Shown here one piece after another: positions 17,110 to 28,675 of a stretch of DNA of 64,000 nucleotides. A model generated the notes under the pieces. That model was not told where the DNA came from. It saw nothing but the letters and a program-made list of their open reading frames with translations, and did not search any database. This DNA is from Nitrospirota bacterium (GTDB taxonomy: Bacteria > Nitrospirota > Thermodesulfovibrionia > Thermodesulfovibrionales > JdFR-88): the NCBI GenBank assembly GCA_021840255.1, contig JAKBYX010000012.1, forward strand, positions 1,742 to 65,741, read 5' to 3'. The stretch's first letter is position 1. Each line of letters starts with the position of its first letter. The position numbers and the translations under genes are program-made.

Positions 17110-19155
17110 ATGATAAGGCGTGAAGACAGAAAGCCGTTGTTTTTAGAGTATGCTTACAGGGTGTTTTTCCAGGCCGCTGGAAGGCTCCTGCGGGCCGTCG
17201 CCGGGATCAGGGGATATGAAGACGATCTGAAGGCCGCAATAAGGCGGGCTGATGAGGAAAAGGCAAAGTTTGCCTCCATTGTAGCCGCCATCGGCGACGG
17301 CATCAGCATACAGGATACCTGCTTTAATATCCTTTACCAGAATCCGGTCCTGATCTCCAAGGTCAACGAGCATATCGGAGAGCGCTGCTATCAGGCATAC
17401 GAGCACAATTGCAAGGTATGCGGAGGCTGCCCCCTGGAGATGACTTTCAAGGATGGCGGAATCCACCGGGTAGAAAGAAAGGTCTTGACCGAAAGAGGTC
17501 CGAAATATCTTGAGATCACTGCTTCTCCGCTGAGAGATCCCACTGGCAGGACCATTGCGGGCATTGAAGTGGTAAGGGACGTTACGGACCGGTGGGAGTC
17601 GCATATGGCCTTGCAGGAGACGGCTGAGACCCTCAGGTCCCTGGTCGAGGCCTCGCCTCTTGCCGTAATAGCCGTCTCAATGGACGGCACCGTTACACTG
17701 TGGAACTCCGCGGCGGAGAGGATTTTCGGCTGGAGCAAAGAACAAGTCCTGGGGCTGCCTAATCCGATCATTCCCGAAGACAAAAAAACCGAGTTCGGTT
17801 CGATCCTGGAAAGGGTCGGAAACGGCGGGAGCATAACCGGCCAGAGGTTCAGGAGAATGAGAAAAGACGGCTCTCTGGTGGACATCAGCCTTTCTGCATC
17901 ACCCATGAGAGATGGTAACGGCAAAATTACGGGTACGATGGCCCTTCTGGAAGACATAACTGACCGGGTGAAGCTTGAAGACCAGATAGCGGCTGATGTT
18001 GCCGATAAAAGGAAAGCGGAAGAAAAGATCAAGACACAGTTGGACCGGTTAAAGGCGCTGCGCAACATAGATATGGCCATAACCGGCAGTTTCGACCTGC
18101 GGGTAACGCTCAACATCCTTTTGGATGAGGTCCAGGAGAAACTTGGCGTGGATGCCGCCGACGTGCTCCTTTACGACCCTCAGATGATGACACTGGAGCA
18201 CGCGGCAAGCAAGGGGTTTAGGACGGAGGCGATAAGGCGCCTTAAGCTCAATGCCGGCGAAACCTGCGCCGGTCATGTGGCCATTGAGCGGAAGAGTTTC
18301 ATATATCCGGACATATTCAAAATGAGGTGCGGCGGTTTTGCCGGGGGGGAGCTCACCAAGACGGGGCACGCGTTCCCCCAGACACATCTGGTTTTAAATG
18401 AAGGTTTTAAGGCCTATTTCGGCGTGCCTCTGATGGTAAAGGGCCGGGTAAAAGGAGTGCTGGAGATATTCCACCGTTCGACCTTTTCCCCTGACGACGG
18501 ATGGCTGGAATTCCTGGATTCAATGGCTGGGCAGGCCGCCATGGCCATTGACAACGCCCTTATGCTCGATGAACTGCAGAAGTCCAATGACGAATTGACG
18601 ATGGCCTATGACACCACCATTGAGGGATGGTCAAGGGCTCTGGACTACAGGGACGCGGAGACTGAAGGGCATTCGCAGAGGGTCACGGAAATGGCCGTAA
18701 GGATCGCCGGGGCCTTCGGGATAAAGGGCGCTGACCTCGTTCATATCCGCCGGGGCGCGCTGCTGCATGATATAGGGAAACTGGGGGTGCCCGACCATAT
18801 ACTGCACAAAAGAGGCGCACTTACAGCCGAAGAGTGGGAAATAATGAGAAAACATCCCGAGATCGCCTTCGAGCTGCTGTCCCCGATAAAATACCTTGAG
18901 CCCGCCATAGTCATACCTTATTATCATCATGAAAAATGGAACGGCTCAGGTTATCCGGTGGGGCTCAAAGGGAAGCAGATACCTTTGGCCGCCCGCATAT
19001 TCGCCGTGGTTGACGTCTGGGATGCCTTGTGCTCTGATCGCCCGTACAGAAAAGCCTGGACCGAAGAGAAGACAAAAAAACATATCGAGTCTCTTGCCGG
19101 GCAGGATTTTGACCCGGAAGTAGTGGAAATCTTTTTAAAGACGATAAACGCCTGA
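17110..19155 (+). CDS. PAS-PAS-GAF-HD-GYP signalling protein (probable c-di-GMP phosphodiesterase)
   Basis: 681 aa. Two PAS-like regions and a GAF-like region, then HD-GYP motifs HSQRV, LLHDIGKLGVPD, HHEKWNGSGYP and VVDVWDAL. Confidence 0.85.
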   Translation: MIRREDRKPLFLEYAYRVFFQAAGRLLRAVAGIRGYEDDLKAAIRRADEEKAKFASIVAAIGDGISIQDTCFNILYQNPVLISKVNEHIGERCYQAYEHNCKVCGGCPLEMTFKDGGIHRVERKVLTERGPKYLEITASPLRDPTGRTIAGIEVVRDVTDRWESHMALQETAETLRSLVEASPLAVIAVSMDGTVTLWNSAAERIFGWSKEQVLGLPNPIIPEDKKTEFGSILERVGNGGSITGQRFRRMRKDGSLVDISLSASPMRDGNGKITGTMALLEDITDRVKLEDQIAADVADKRKAEEKIKTQLDRLKALRNIDMAITGSFDLRVTLNILLDEVQEKLGVDAADVLLYDPQMMTLEHAASKGFRTEAIRRLKLNAGETCAGHVAIERKSFIYPDIFKMRCGGFAGGELTKTGHAFPQTHLVLNEGFKAYFGVPLMVKGRVKGVLEIFHRSTFSPDDGWLEFLDSMAGQAAMAIDNALMLDELQKSNDELTMAYDTTIEGWSRALDYRDAETEGHSQRVTEMAVRIAGAFGIKGADLVHIRRGALLHDIGKLGVPDHILHKRGALTAEEWEIMRKHPEIAFELLSPIKYLEPAIVIPYYHHEKWNGSGYPVGLKGKQIPLAARIFAVVDVWDALCSDRPYRKAWTEEKTKKHIESLAGQDFDPEVVEIFLKTINA

Positions 19156-19201
19156 ACACATCATGCGGCCTGCCGGCTGTTCCCTCTGATACCCCTGGGT
19201 G

Positions 19202-20998
19202 TCAATTCCCAGCCTGGGGGGGCCTCATGGCAAATGGGCGGACGGCCGTTAGAATAAAATACTTCTCTTCAGGGACCGGCGCTATAATGAATGGAAGCGG
19301 CCCTGACACCTTGTCGCCGTAAAACCCAGCTCCCGCAAACGGGTTCATTGTTGCAGCCCAGCCCGGCGAGTCGATCCGTGTTTCTCTGATGGAAGCGTAC
19401 CCTCTGAAAAGAAATAGAGGCAAAACATAACTGTTATTTGCCGGGCTGACGATCACATCCCCGGGGCGGATGGCCGTCCGCATGAAATCGGCCGGCTTGC
19501 CCCCAAATTCTTCCATGTAATACTGGAACCCCCAATGCCCCATGAACCACAAATTGCCCTGTCCCTGATAACTGCCGCCTATTGAAACGGCAGCGGAGCG
19601 CTGGGAGCCCGCCCAGTTGTAGTCCGTCAGGGCAGCCGTAAGCGCTATGATAAGAGAAGGTATCAGTGGGGCGATGACGAAGAAGCGTCCTTGGGGGATG
19701 AAACGGGCGGAGGATTTGCCCGGAGCAGAAGCGCGTTCGATCGCTCTCATGATGAGTATGCCCATTGGAGGAAAGATCAAAAGGACCGTGCGTGCGTTGA
19801 TCGTCCAATTGAGAAGGCATAGAAAAAGAAAAATTCCCACCACCCAGAGGAAAAGCAGCAGAGAGCCTGAGTCCCTGGCCTTCCAGAGGTCTGAAAAAGT
19901 GACCGCCATTGCGCTGGCCCCGCCGAGGGCAAAAAGGTAGAACTGCGTGATGAACAGCCAATGGAAAACAGGGTCATTTTGGAACCGGACTATCGCCCCT
20001 GGGAACGGCTCCAAAAAAGTCCCCGGCGGAACAAAAGTCAAAATGACCGCCATTATAAGTGCCCCCGTGATGAGGGCCTTTTTGCGCCAGATGGAAAAAG
20101 AGTAGAAAAGCACGGAAATCAGGCATCCGCCGATAAAGACCAGCCCTATTATAAAATTAAAAAAACTTTTCCCCGGATAGGAAACGGCATAGGAAGCCGC
20201 ATTCAGAAGAAGACCCCGGCCGTATAAGACATAGGTGATCCAGTCGTACCCTGCCAGCGCCGCCACAGGGATTAACAGAAACCATGCCCATCTGCCCTGT
20301 TTCCTGGCGAATGAGTAGCACAGAAGAAGAGGGACAAGGCTCATGCCGACATATTTGCTGAGGCTGCTGGCCGCAATGAACAGGGAAGCAAGGACAACAC
20401 TGGGAACCGATCTTTTGTCGAGACCCCGCATCCACAGGAACACCGCCCATACCCAGAACGCGGTCATCATCATGTCGCACATGACCGTCGTTGCGGATAT
20501 CATGAAAACGGGTGTCAGCACGCCGGCCAGGGCGGCGGTCAAAGGCCTTGAACAAAGCTCCCTGGCAAGATAGTAAGTCCCGATGGCAGCGGCAGCCGCA
20601 AAGACAAAAAAGGCCATATGCAGGGCGGCCTCCGACCAGCCGAACAATTTTGCAACAACGGCCATGTAATAGGAGGACAGGGGAGGATTTTCATAGAACC
20701 GGTAGACTGGCTCCAGGACCCCGCGCCAGTTGATGTTGAAGCCGAAAAAATCCATGGGGTTTGACTGGATATGACGGGCGATCCATATATAAAGCGGGTC
20801 GTCCACATTGAATGCCTTGCCCGCAAACGGGATAAGGCAGGCAAAAACGACCGCGCCCAAAAAGACCGCAGGCCATGCGGTCTTTTTTTTGTCTCTGCCG
20901 CCGCTCAATGCTCCGTGAGGCCCTTTGTTGAGGTAGTCGTCCATAAAAAACCGTTTTGATCTCACCCATTCAACAGAGATGACTAAAAAGATTAACAC
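19202..20998 (-). CDS. GT-C fold membrane glycosyltransferase (ArnT/PMT-like, GT39/GT83-type)
   Basis: 598 aa from the GTG at 20998; the ATG at 20944 is an alternative. More than 10 TM helices and a first-loop acidic motif (FNVDDPLY), as in ArnT/PMT-type enzymes. Confidence 0.7.
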   Translation of the reverse strand: MLIFLVISVEWVRSKRFFMDDYLNKGPHGALSGGRDKKKTAWPAVFLGAVVFACLIPFAGKAFNVDDPLYIWIARHIQSNPMDFFGFNINWRGVLEPVYRFYENPPLSSYYMAVVAKLFGWSEAALHMAFFVFAAAAAIGTYYLARELCSRPLTAALAGVLTPVFMISATTVMCDMMMTAFWVWAVFLWMRGLDKRSVPSVVLASLFIAASSLSKYVGMSLVPLLLCYSFARKQGRWAWFLLIPVAALAGYDWITYVLYGRGLLLNAASYAVSYPGKSFFNFIIGLVFIGGCLISVLFYSFSIWRKKALITGALIMAVILTFVPPGTFLEPFPGAIVRFQNDPVFHWLFITQFYLFALGGASAMAVTFSDLWKARDSGSLLLFLWVVGIFLFLCLLNWTINARTVLLIFPPMGILIMRAIERASAPGKSSARFIPQGRFFVIAPLIPSLIIALTAALTDYNWAGSQRSAAVSIGGSYQGQGNLWFMGHWGFQYYMEEFGGKPADFMRTAIRPGDVIVSPANNSYVLPLFLFRGYASIRETRIDSPGWAATMNPFAGAGFYGDKVSGPLPFIIAPVPEEKYFILTAVRPFAMRPPQAGN

Positions 20999-21107
20999 AA
21001 AAAATGCCGAAAGGCATAAAATCGTCTTGTGCTTTTTTCTTTTTGATGATAATTTTTTTATAACGAAGAATTGGAGGGAGGGCTTTTTCTTTTTTTTGGG
21101 AGGCCTG

Positions 21108-21500
21108 ATGAACGCGCGGACTGGTTACAGCCTTTGGCCTCTGGTTGTATACTTCTTCCTGGCGATAGCCACCGCGGGGGGTATGATGGGGCTTTCGTAT
21201 GTCCTTGGTCAGCGCCACCGTGAGCGCGAGACCGGGCAGCCCTACGAATCCGGGATAGTTGCCACGGGCACCGCCCGCATCCGCTTCGATGTGAAGTTCT
21301 ACCTGGTGGCGATGTTTTTTGTGGTATTCGATCTGGAAAGCCTGTTCATATTTGCCTGGGCGGTTTCGGTAAGGGAATCTGGATGGGCGGGCTATATCGA
21401 GGCGCTTATCTTCATAGGAGTGCTTGTGGCGGCCCTTGCCTATCTCTGGCGGCTGGGCGCGCTGGACTGGGCCTCCGGAAAAACAGCAAGGGAAAGGTGA
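21108..21500 (+). CDS. nuoA: NADH-quinone oxidoreductase subunit A
   Basis: 130 aa from the ATG at 21108 (GGGAGG SD; the track ORF begins at 20979). Three TM helices with PYESG and FDLE motifs. Confidence 0.9.
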   Translation: MNARTGYSLWPLVVYFFLAIATAGGMMGLSYVLGQRHRERETGQPYESGIVATGTARIRFDVKFYLVAMFFVVFDLESLFIFAWAVSVRESGWAGYIEALIFIGVLVAALAYLWRLGALDWASGKTARER

Positions 21501-21510
21501 GGGAACGGGA

Positions 21511-22146
21511 ATGCAGTGGAGCCTGACGCGTCCAAGCCACCCCGGTCTTAAGACCAGCGACGGCACGGCGGAAGAGGCTGTAAAGGGGATGGTAGCCCTT
21601 ACCACCCTGGAAGGCCTCCTGGCCTGGGGCAGGAAAAATTCCATCTGGCCTTTTAACTTTGGCCTCTCCTGTTGTTTCGTGGAGATGGCGACCAGCATTA
21701 CCAGCAAGTACGACATCGCCCGTTTTGGCGCCGAGGTGGTCCGGGGGACCCCCAGGGAGGCCGATCTCATGGTGGTGGCAGGCACCGTATTTATAAAAAT
21801 AGCGCCGGTGGTTAAGCGCCTTTATGAGCAGATGATGGTGCCGCGCTGGGTCATTTCGATGGGTTCCTGCGCTAATTCAGGCGGTATGTATGACATTTAC
21901 AGCGTTGTTCAGGGGGTGGATAAATTCCTCCCGGTCGATGTGTACGTCCCCGGGTGCCCGCCGCGCCCCGATGCTTTCATGGAGGGGCTTTTGCTCTTGC
22001 GGGACATGGTGGGCAGCGAAAAGCGGCCGTTAAGCTGGGTTATGGGCCCCCAAGGGGTAATAAAGCCTCCTCTGCCCTCGATGCGCGACCTTAAGCGGGA
22101 AAAAAGAAGACAGGCCACCGAACTGCCTACGCCTGATCATGTCTGA
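21511..22146 (+). CDS. nuoB: NADH-quinone oxidoreductase subunit B
   Basis: 211 aa from the ATG at 21511. Cluster-N2 cysteines lie in [17 protein letters not shown] and VPGCPP. Confidence 0.95.
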   Translation: MQWSLTRPSHPGLKTSDGTAEEAVKGMVALTTLEGLLAWGRKNSIWPFNFGLSCCFVEMATSITSKYDIARFGAEVVRGTPREADLMVVAGTVFIKIAPVVKRLYEQMMVPRWVISMGSCANSGGMYDIYSVVQGVDKFLPVDVYVPGCPPRPDAFMEGLLLLRDMVGSEKRPLSWVMGPQGVIKPPLPSMRDLKREKRRQATELPTPDHV

Positions 22147-22206
22147 CGAATTCTTTCTCTTTCCGGGAAAATCAAATAAAGAAGTCCGTGCGGAGACCTT
22201 AGCAGA

Positions 22207-23955
22207 ATGAACGAGGCCAACGGTTCAGTGATAGACGAACTTAAGGAAAGATTCGGCGCGGCGGCTGTTACCGCCCAGGAGACAAAAGACGGCGTGCCCA
22301 CCGTCTGGGTGGAGAAAGCAAGGGCGCACGAGGTCCTCAGTTATCTGAAGGCCTCAAGCGGCAGGCGTTTCCGGATGCTCTATGACCTTACTGCCATTGA
22401 TGAGCGGGTGCGCAGCCATAGGGATGGGCAGCCGGAGAGCGATTTCACAGTGGTCTATCATCTGCTTTCATATGACCACAATGAGGACGTGCGCGTAAAG
22501 ACGGGTCTTGCGGAAGGGGCATCGATAAAGAGCATTACCGGTATCTGGCCTGCCGCCAACTGGTACGAGAGGGAGGTCTGGGACATGTTCGGCATCGGTT
22601 TTGACGGCCACCCTCATTTAAGGCGCATACTGATGCCGCCTACCTGGAAGGGGCACCCGCTCAGGAAGGACCACCCTGCGAGGGCCACGGAGATGGGCCC
22701 TTTCCATCTGCCCGAGGAAAAGAGCATGGAAGAGCAGGAGGCTATGAAGTTCCACCCCGAGGAATGGGGACTGTCGCCCCGCAGCGAAGACACGGACTAT
22801 ATGTTTTTGAACCTGGGGCCTCATCATCCCGGAACGCACGGACTTTTGCGCATCATACTTGCGCTGGACGGCGAGGAGATAGTGGATTCGGTCATCGACA
22901 TCGGTTTTCATCACAGGGGGGCCGAGAAGATGGGAGAGCGCCAGTCCTGGCATACGTTTATCCCATATACGGACAGGATAGATTACCTGGCGGGCGTGCT
23001 CAATAACCTGCCCTACGTACTTGCGGTCGAGAAGCTGGCGGGCATCGAGGTGCCGGACAGGGTAAAGGTGATAAGGATAATGCTGTCGGAGCTGTTTCGT
23101 ATAGAAAGCCACCTGGTGTGGTACGGCACCTTCGCGCAGGACCTTGGCGCCCTGTCGCCTGTCTTTTATACCTTTTATGACCGGGAAAGGATGTTTGAGA
23201 TAATCGAGGCCATCTGCGGGGGGCGGATGCACCCTGGCTGGTTCCGCATCGGCGGGGTCTCTCAGGATTTGCCAGAGGGATGGGACGGCCTCGTCCGGGG
23301 TTTTCTCGACTGGCTGCCCGCACGGCTGGCCGAATATGACAGCATAATCATGAAAAACAGCCTGTTCAAGGCACGCACCAAGGGTGTCGGGGCTTATACG
23401 CTTGATGAGGCCATCGAATGGGGGGTCACAGGCCCCAACCTGAGGGCTTGTGATTTTGAGTGGGACTGGAGGAAAAAGCGTCCCTACGGGGGCTATGACT
23501 GGTTCGATTTCGAAATACCCACCGCCCGCATAGGGGACTGTTACGGCCGTGCCCTTGTGCGCGTAGAGGAGATACGGCAGAGCATGAGAATAGTGGAGCA
23601 GTGCCTTAAGAACATGCCTGCGGGCGACTACAAATCCAGGCACCCGCTTGCGACCCCGCCGCTGAAAGCCCGCACGATGCAGGATATCGAGACCCTCATA
23701 GACCATTTTTTGGGCGTCTCCTGGGGCCCGGTCATACCCGCCGGCGAGGCTGCGGTGGGTGTTGAGGGGGCAAAAGGCAACAACAGCTACTACCTAGTAA
23801 GCGACGGGAGCACGGTATCCTACCGCACCCGCATCCGCACGCCGTCTTTCCCTCATATGCAGACGCTGCCTTTGCTTGTGAAGGGGCTTAACATCCCGGA
23901 CCTGATAGCGATACTTGGAAGCATAGATTTTATCCTTGCGGATGTGGACCGGTAA
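22207..23955 (+). CDS. nuoCD: fused NADH-quinone oxidoreductase subunits C and D
   Basis: One 582-aa ORF. A NuoC-like N-terminus ([14 protein letters not shown]) is joined to NuoD ([11 protein letters not shown] ... [12 protein letters not shown]). Confidence 0.95.
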   Translation: MNEANGSVIDELKERFGAAAVTAQETKDGVPTVWVEKARAHEVLSYLKASSGRRFRMLYDLTAIDERVRSHRDGQPESDFTVVYHLLSYDHNEDVRVKTGLAEGASIKSITGIWPAANWYEREVWDMFGIGFDGHPHLRRILMPPTWKGHPLRKDHPARATEMGPFHLPEEKSMEEQEAMKFHPEEWGLSPRSEDTDYMFLNLGPHHPGTHGLLRIILALDGEEIVDSVIDIGFHHRGAEKMGERQSWHTFIPYTDRIDYLAGVLNNLPYVLAVEKLAGIEVPDRVKVIRIMLSELFRIESHLVWYGTFAQDLGALSPVFYTFYDRERMFEIIEAICGGRMHPGWFRIGGVSQDLPEGWDGLVRGFLDWLPARLAEYDSIIMKNSLFKARTKGVGAYTLDEAIEWGVTGPNLRACDFEWDWRKKRPYGGYDWFDFEIPTARIGDCYGRALVRVEEIRQSMRIVEQCLKNMPAGDYKSRHPLATPPLKARTMQDIETLIDHFLGVSWGPVIPAGEAAVGVEGAKGNNSYYLVSDGSTVSYRTRIRTPSFPHMQTLPLLVKGLNIPDLIAILGSIDFILADVDR

Positions 23956-23978
23956 GCGGAAAGGCACAATGTGAAAAA

Positions 23979-24446
23979 ATGTTGAGCGAAAAGGAACTGG
24001 CGGAGGTAGAGAAGGAACTGGCCCATTATGAAAAGAGGAAAGCCGGATGCATCGGCGCCCTTAAGGCTGTGCAGAAGCACCGGGGCTGGATATCGGATGA
24101 ATGCCTGAAAGACATTGCGCAGTATCTGGAAATGACGCCCGATGAGCTTGATAATGTGGCCACGTTCTACTCATCCATATACAGAAGGCCGGTAGGCAGG
24201 CATGTCATTTTTATATGCGACAGCGTGAGCTGCTACACGGTGGGTTACCGGGAACTGCTCAGGCATCTTTCGGAGCGCCTGCAGATAAAGCCCGGACAGA
24301 CGACCAGCGACGGCAGGTTCACCCTGCTTCCGGCGGCCTGCCTCGGGGTATGCGAAAAGGCCCCGGCGCTAATGATAGACGAGGACGTGCATGGCAACCT
24401 GGAGCCTCCTGAAAAGGTGGACGAGATACTGGAGAGATATAAATAG
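23979..24446 (+). CDS. nuoE: NADH-quinone oxidoreductase subunit E
   Basis: 155 aa with the 2Fe-2S cysteine pattern CDSVSC ... CLGVC. Confidence 0.9.
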   Translation: MLSEKELAEVEKELAHYEKRKAGCIGALKAVQKHRGWISDECLKDIAQYLEMTPDELDNVATFYSSIYRRPVGRHVIFICDSVSCYTVGYRELLRHLSERLQIKPGQTTSDGRFTLLPAACLGVCEKAPALMIDEDVHGNLEPPEKVDEILERYK

Positions 24447-24462
24447 GTTTTTATTTTTATTT

Positions 24463-25770
24463 ATGGATAACCGGACAGAAAAAAAACGGGAACAAAAACC
24501 TCTCACCGGCAGTTTCAGGGCGGACGGAAAACCTCTGGATATTTTTGAATATGAACAGGCAGGGGGGTACGAGGCGCTCCGGAAGGCGGTAAAGTCCATG
24601 ACACCCAGAGACGTCCAGGAAGAGGTGAAGTCCTCCAACCTGCGGGGGCGCGGAGGAGCAGGGTTCCCTACCGGGCAAAAATGGAGTTTTGTCCCAACGG
24701 GAGAAGGCGCACCAATACCCCGCTACATAGCCGCAAACGCCGATGAGATGGAGCCTGGCACCTTCAAGGACAGGATACTCATGGAAAACAGCCCGCATAT
24801 GCTCATAGAAGGCATGGCCCTGGCAGCCTACGCGACAGGTGCGGAGCACGCCTACATATTTTTACGGGGAGAATACGTGACAGCGGCCAGGGCGCTGGAG
24901 GGTGCGCTTGCCCAGGCCTACGAAAAAAATTACCTTGGTAAAAATGTCCTTGGCTCGGGTTTCAGCCTGGAGATGCATCTTCATTTGAGCGCCGGGCGGT
25001 ATATGTGCGGGGAGGAAACCGGGCTTCTAAATTCCCTTGAGGGCAAGCGGGCCATGCCGCGCGCCAAACCCCCATATCCGCAGGTGAGTGGCTTCATGGG
25101 TAAGCCCACCGTGGTGAACAACGTGGAGACGCTCTGCAACGTGCCCCATATCATCAGGAACGGGGCGGCATGGTTCAAAAGCCTCTCCCTGGGCCAGGAC
25201 GGCGGCACAAAGATATACGGCGCAAGCGGGAGGGTGAAGAGGCCCGGAGCCTGGGAGCTGCCGATGGGGACCACGATAAGGGAGATATTGGAAGTCCACG
25301 CGGGCGGGATGCGGGACGGATATAAATTCCGCGGGCTCATACCGGGCGGGGCCTCGACGGAGTTTCTGATAGAGGAGCATCTGGACCTTGCCATGGATTT
25401 TGATTCCCTTCAGCCCGCCGGAAGCCGCATGGGCACGGGGACCATGATCATTCTGGATGACAGGACCTGCCCTGTGGGCATGCAGATAAGCCTTCAGTCC
25501 TTTTTTGCCCGCGAGTCCTGCGGATGGTGCACACCCTGCCGTGAGGGGCTTCCATGGATAGTGCATACGTTAAACTCCATTGAAGACGGGAAAGGCGAAA
25601 TGGAGGATATGGACCTGCTTCTGGATCAGGCGCGGCTTCTAGCGCCGGGGCATACCTTCTGCGCCCTTGCGCCTGGTGCGGCGGAGCCCCTGATGTCCGG
25701 CGTCAAGTATTTCCGGGAAGATTTTGAGCGTCATATAAGGGAAAAGCGCTGCCCATGGCCCATGGAGTGA
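24463..25770 (+). CDS. nuoF: NADH-quinone oxidoreductase subunit F
   Basis: 435 aa from the ATG at 24463. Has the GRGGAGFPTGQKW FMN/NADH site and the ESCGWCTPCREG 4Fe-4S motif. Confidence 0.95.
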   Translation: MDNRTEKKREQKPLTGSFRADGKPLDIFEYEQAGGYEALRKAVKSMTPRDVQEEVKSSNLRGRGGAGFPTGQKWSFVPTGEGAPIPRYIAANADEMEPGTFKDRILMENSPHMLIEGMALAAYATGAEHAYIFLRGEYVTAARALEGALAQAYEKNYLGKNVLGSGFSLEMHLHLSAGRYMCGEETGLLNSLEGKRAMPRAKPPYPQVSGFMGKPTVVNNVETLCNVPHIIRNGAAWFKSLSLGQDGGTKIYGASGRVKRPGAWELPMGTTIREILEVHAGGMRDGYKFRGLIPGGASTEFLIEEHLDLAMDFDSLQPAGSRMGTGTMIILDDRTCPVGMQISLQSFFARESCGWCTPCREGLPWIVHTLNSIEDGKGEMEDMDLLLDQARLLAPGHTFCALAPGAAEPLMSGVKYFREDFERHIREKRCPWPME

Positions 25771-25792
25771 AAGTTAGGGAAGAGTGAAGACG

Positions 25793-28675
25793 ATGGCAAA
25801 ACCAGAAGAAAAAGAAAAACCGGAAGAAAACGGAGAGAAAATGGTCACCGTATATATAGACGGCAAGCCCTACCAGGTGAAGGCGGAGCGGAACATGCTT
25901 GACGTCTGCCTTTCCCTTGGCATGGACCTGCCTTATTTCTGCTGGCACCCGGCGATGCATTCCGTGGGGGCCTGCCGGCAGTGCGCGGTAAAGCAGTTCA
26001 GGGACGAAAACGACAAAAAAGGCAAGATAGTGATGGCCTGCATGACCCCTGCCGCCGAAGGTACCAGGATATCCCTGAAAGACCCCGAGGCCATGGAGTT
26101 CAGGGCAAGCGTGATCGAATGGCTTATGCTAAACCATCCGCATGACTGCCCGGTGTGCGACGAGGGCGGGGAGTGCCATCTGCAGGACATGACCGTGATG
26201 ACCGGGCACGCTTACCGAAGGACCCGTTTCAAAAAGCGCACTCACAAAAACCAGTATCTTGGCCCGTTGGTAAACCACGAGATGAACCGCTGCATCCAGT
26301 GTTACAGGTGTGTGCGTTTTTATAACGACTATGCGGGCGGCAGAGATTTGGGTGTTTTCGGCGCCCATGACAACGTCTATTTCGGGCGGCATGAAGACGG
26401 CGTTCTTGAAAGCGAGTTCAGCGGCAACCTCGTGGAGGTCTGTCCCACCGGGGTCTTCACGGACAGGGTGCTCAAGAAGCAGTACACGAGGAAATGGGAC
26501 CTGCAGACCGCGCCTTCCATCTGCGTTCACTGCTCCATGGGCTGCAACATAATACCGGGAGAGCGCTACGGCACTTTAAGGCGGATAAGGAACCGCTACA
26601 ACGGTGAAGTAAACGGCTATTTCATATGCGACAGAGGGCGGTACGGTTTTGAGTTTATAAACAGTCCGGAGCGCATTGGCGAGCCGTACCTATCGTCCGG
26701 AGATGTGCCGTCCGGAGATATTTTGCTTTTGTCCGGGAAGGAAGCAGGCGACGCAAAGATACTGAAGGGCAGGAAGATACTGAAAGAAGGGGAAGTTTTG
26801 CCCCACCTTAGGGCCGTTATCGGAGGGGCAAAAGGGATAATAGGCATCGGCTCCCCGCGGGCGTCGCTTGAGGCAAACTACCTGCTTGGAAGGCTGGTTG
26901 GCCCTGAGAATTTTCATCCCGGTTTTTCAGCCGCCGAATCCGTACTTGTGCGGCAGATGGTATCCATTCTTTCAGATGGGCCTGTCCGCACCCCTTCGCT
27001 TAAGGAAATGGCACACGCGGACGCCGTGTTAGTCCTTGGAGAAGACATCCCCAATACCGCTCCAATCTTAGGGCTTGCCCTGAGGCAGGCCGTACGGCAA
27101 AAGCCGATGGAGAGGGTCATCAGGGAGATGAAGATACCCCAATGGCATGATTACGCGATAAGGGATGCGATGCAGGAAGAAAGAGGACCGCTTTTTATGG
27201 CCACGGCGGCCGGCGGGAGGCTTGACGGCATCGCCGCCGGGGTGTTCCATGCCGCACCAGATGATATCGCGAGGCTCGGTTTCAGGGTGGCCCGGGCCTT
27301 GAGCCCGAACGCTCCGCCGATTGAGGGCTCTTTTACGGAAGATGCGCTTTCCTTCGCGGACCGCGCGGCAAAAGCGCTCAGGGAGGCCAAAAGGCCGCTG
27401 GTGGTTTCTGGAACGGGGGCAGGAAGCCTGGCCGTCCTGCAGGCGGCCGCAAACGTTGCGCGGGCCCTTTGGGAGGGCAACCGGAATGCGGCCCTGTCGC
27501 TTGTGGCGCCGGAGTGCAACAGCGTGGGGCTGGCGCTCATCGGCGGGCCCGGCATCAATAATATGGGCATCAAGGATGCGGTAAAAGCCGTGGCAGAAGG
27601 AAGGGCCGACACGGTAATAATACTGGAAAACGATGTTTTTGACCGGCTCGATCTTCCCGATGTCCAAGCGCTCCTGCGCGCCAGGCAGGTGGTCGTGCTG
27701 GATCATTTGCCCAATCACACGATAAGCAGCCTGCATGCAGGCTGTGTTGTGCTTCCCGCAGCTGCCTTTGCCCAAGGAAGCGGGACGCTGGTGAGCTCCG
27801 AGGGACGCGCCCAGCGGTTTTATAAGGTGTTTAACGCGCCCTCCGGCAGAACGGCCGAGAGCTGGAGATGGCTCAGGGACCTGCTTGTGGACCTGGGCAG
27901 GCCCGGCTCTGAATCCCTGTTTTCCCTGGACGAGGTCCTTTCGGCCATGGGGCGGGAGTTTCCCGCGGTAAGGGGCGCCGTCGAAGCGGCCCCTGCCGCG
28001 GATTACCGGATAGAGGGTATGAAGGTCCCCCGCCAGCCTCACCGCTACAGCGGCCGCACCGCGATCAGGGCGGACATAGATGTGCATGAGCCCAAACCTC
28101 ATGAAGACGCCGATACTCCTTTATCGTTTTCGATGGAGGGGTTTGAGGGCCAGCCCCCCGCTCCGCTTACCTCACGCTTCTGGGCCCCCGGCTGGAACTC
28201 CGTTCAGAGCGTTAACAAATTCCAGAGCGAGGTGGGAGGCCCTTTAAGGGGCGTAGACCCCGGCAGGCGGCTTATCGAGGTTACGGGGATGGGACGGGTC
28301 TCCTATTTTACGGATATCCCCGGACCTTTTACCCCCAGGGCGGATGAATTTTTAGTGGTGCCGCTCTATCACGTGTTCGGGTCTGAGAGGTTAAGCGCCA
28401 TGTCCCCGGGCATAGGGGAACTCGTGCCGCCGCCGCATGTCGTTCTGAACAAAACGGATGCGGAATCAATAAAAGCCCTGTCTGATATGAAGGAAGCAAG
28501 GATAGATTTCGGGTTTGCCTCGTTCCGTTTGCAGGTGAGGCCGGACCCGCTTATGCCGCGCGGAGTGGCCGGGCTTTTTCCCTACGGGTTCCCGGGGTTG
28601 CACGGTGTTGTGCTGCCTGCCTGGGGGAAGATAACGGCGCCGGAAAATGCCCGCAGGGAGAAGGAAGAGAAATGA
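25793..28675 (+). CDS. nuoG: NADH-quinone oxidoreductase subunit G (long form)
   Basis: 960 aa from the ATG at 25793; the GTG at 25784 is an alternative. N-terminal 2Fe-2S fold (CRQC), [28 protein letters not shown] and a molybdopterin-oxidoreductase-like C-terminal part. Confidence 0.95.
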   Translation: MAKPEEKEKPEENGEKMVTVYIDGKPYQVKAERNMLDVCLSLGMDLPYFCWHPAMHSVGACRQCAVKQFRDENDKKGKIVMACMTPAAEGTRISLKDPEAMEFRASVIEWLMLNHPHDCPVCDEGGECHLQDMTVMTGHAYRRTRFKKRTHKNQYLGPLVNHEMNRCIQCYRCVRFYNDYAGGRDLGVFGAHDNVYFGRHEDGVLESEFSGNLVEVCPTGVFTDRVLKKQYTRKWDLQTAPSICVHCSMGCNIIPGERYGTLRRIRNRYNGEVNGYFICDRGRYGFEFINSPERIGEPYLSSGDVPSGDILLLSGKEAGDAKILKGRKILKEGEVLPHLRAVIGGAKGIIGIGSPRASLEANYLLGRLVGPENFHPGFSAAESVLVRQMVSILSDGPVRTPSLKEMAHADAVLVLGEDIPNTAPILGLALRQAVRQKPMERVIREMKIPQWHDYAIRDAMQEERGPLFMATAAGGRLDGIAAGVFHAAPDDIARLGFRVARALSPNAPPIEGSFTEDALSFADRAAKALREAKRPLVVSGTGAGSLAVLQAAANVARALWEGNRNAALSLVAPECNSVGLALIGGPGINNMGIKDAVKAVAEGRADTVIILENDVFDRLDLPDVQALLRARQVVVLDHLPNHTISSLHAGCVVLPAAAFAQGSGTLVSSEGRAQRFYKVFNAPSGRTAESWRWLRDLLVDLGRPGSESLFSLDEVLSAMGREFPAVRGAVEAAPAADYRIEGMKVPRQPHRYSGRTAIRADIDVHEPKPHEDADTPLSFSMEGFEGQPPAPLTSRFWAPGWNSVQSVNKFQSEVGGPLRGVDPGRRLIEVTGMGRVSYFTDIPGPFTPRADEFLVVPLYHVFGSERLSAMSPGIGELVPPPHVVLNKTDAESIKALSDMKEARIDFGFASFRLQVRPDPLMPRGVAGLFPYGFPGLHGVVLPAWGKITAPENARREKEEK

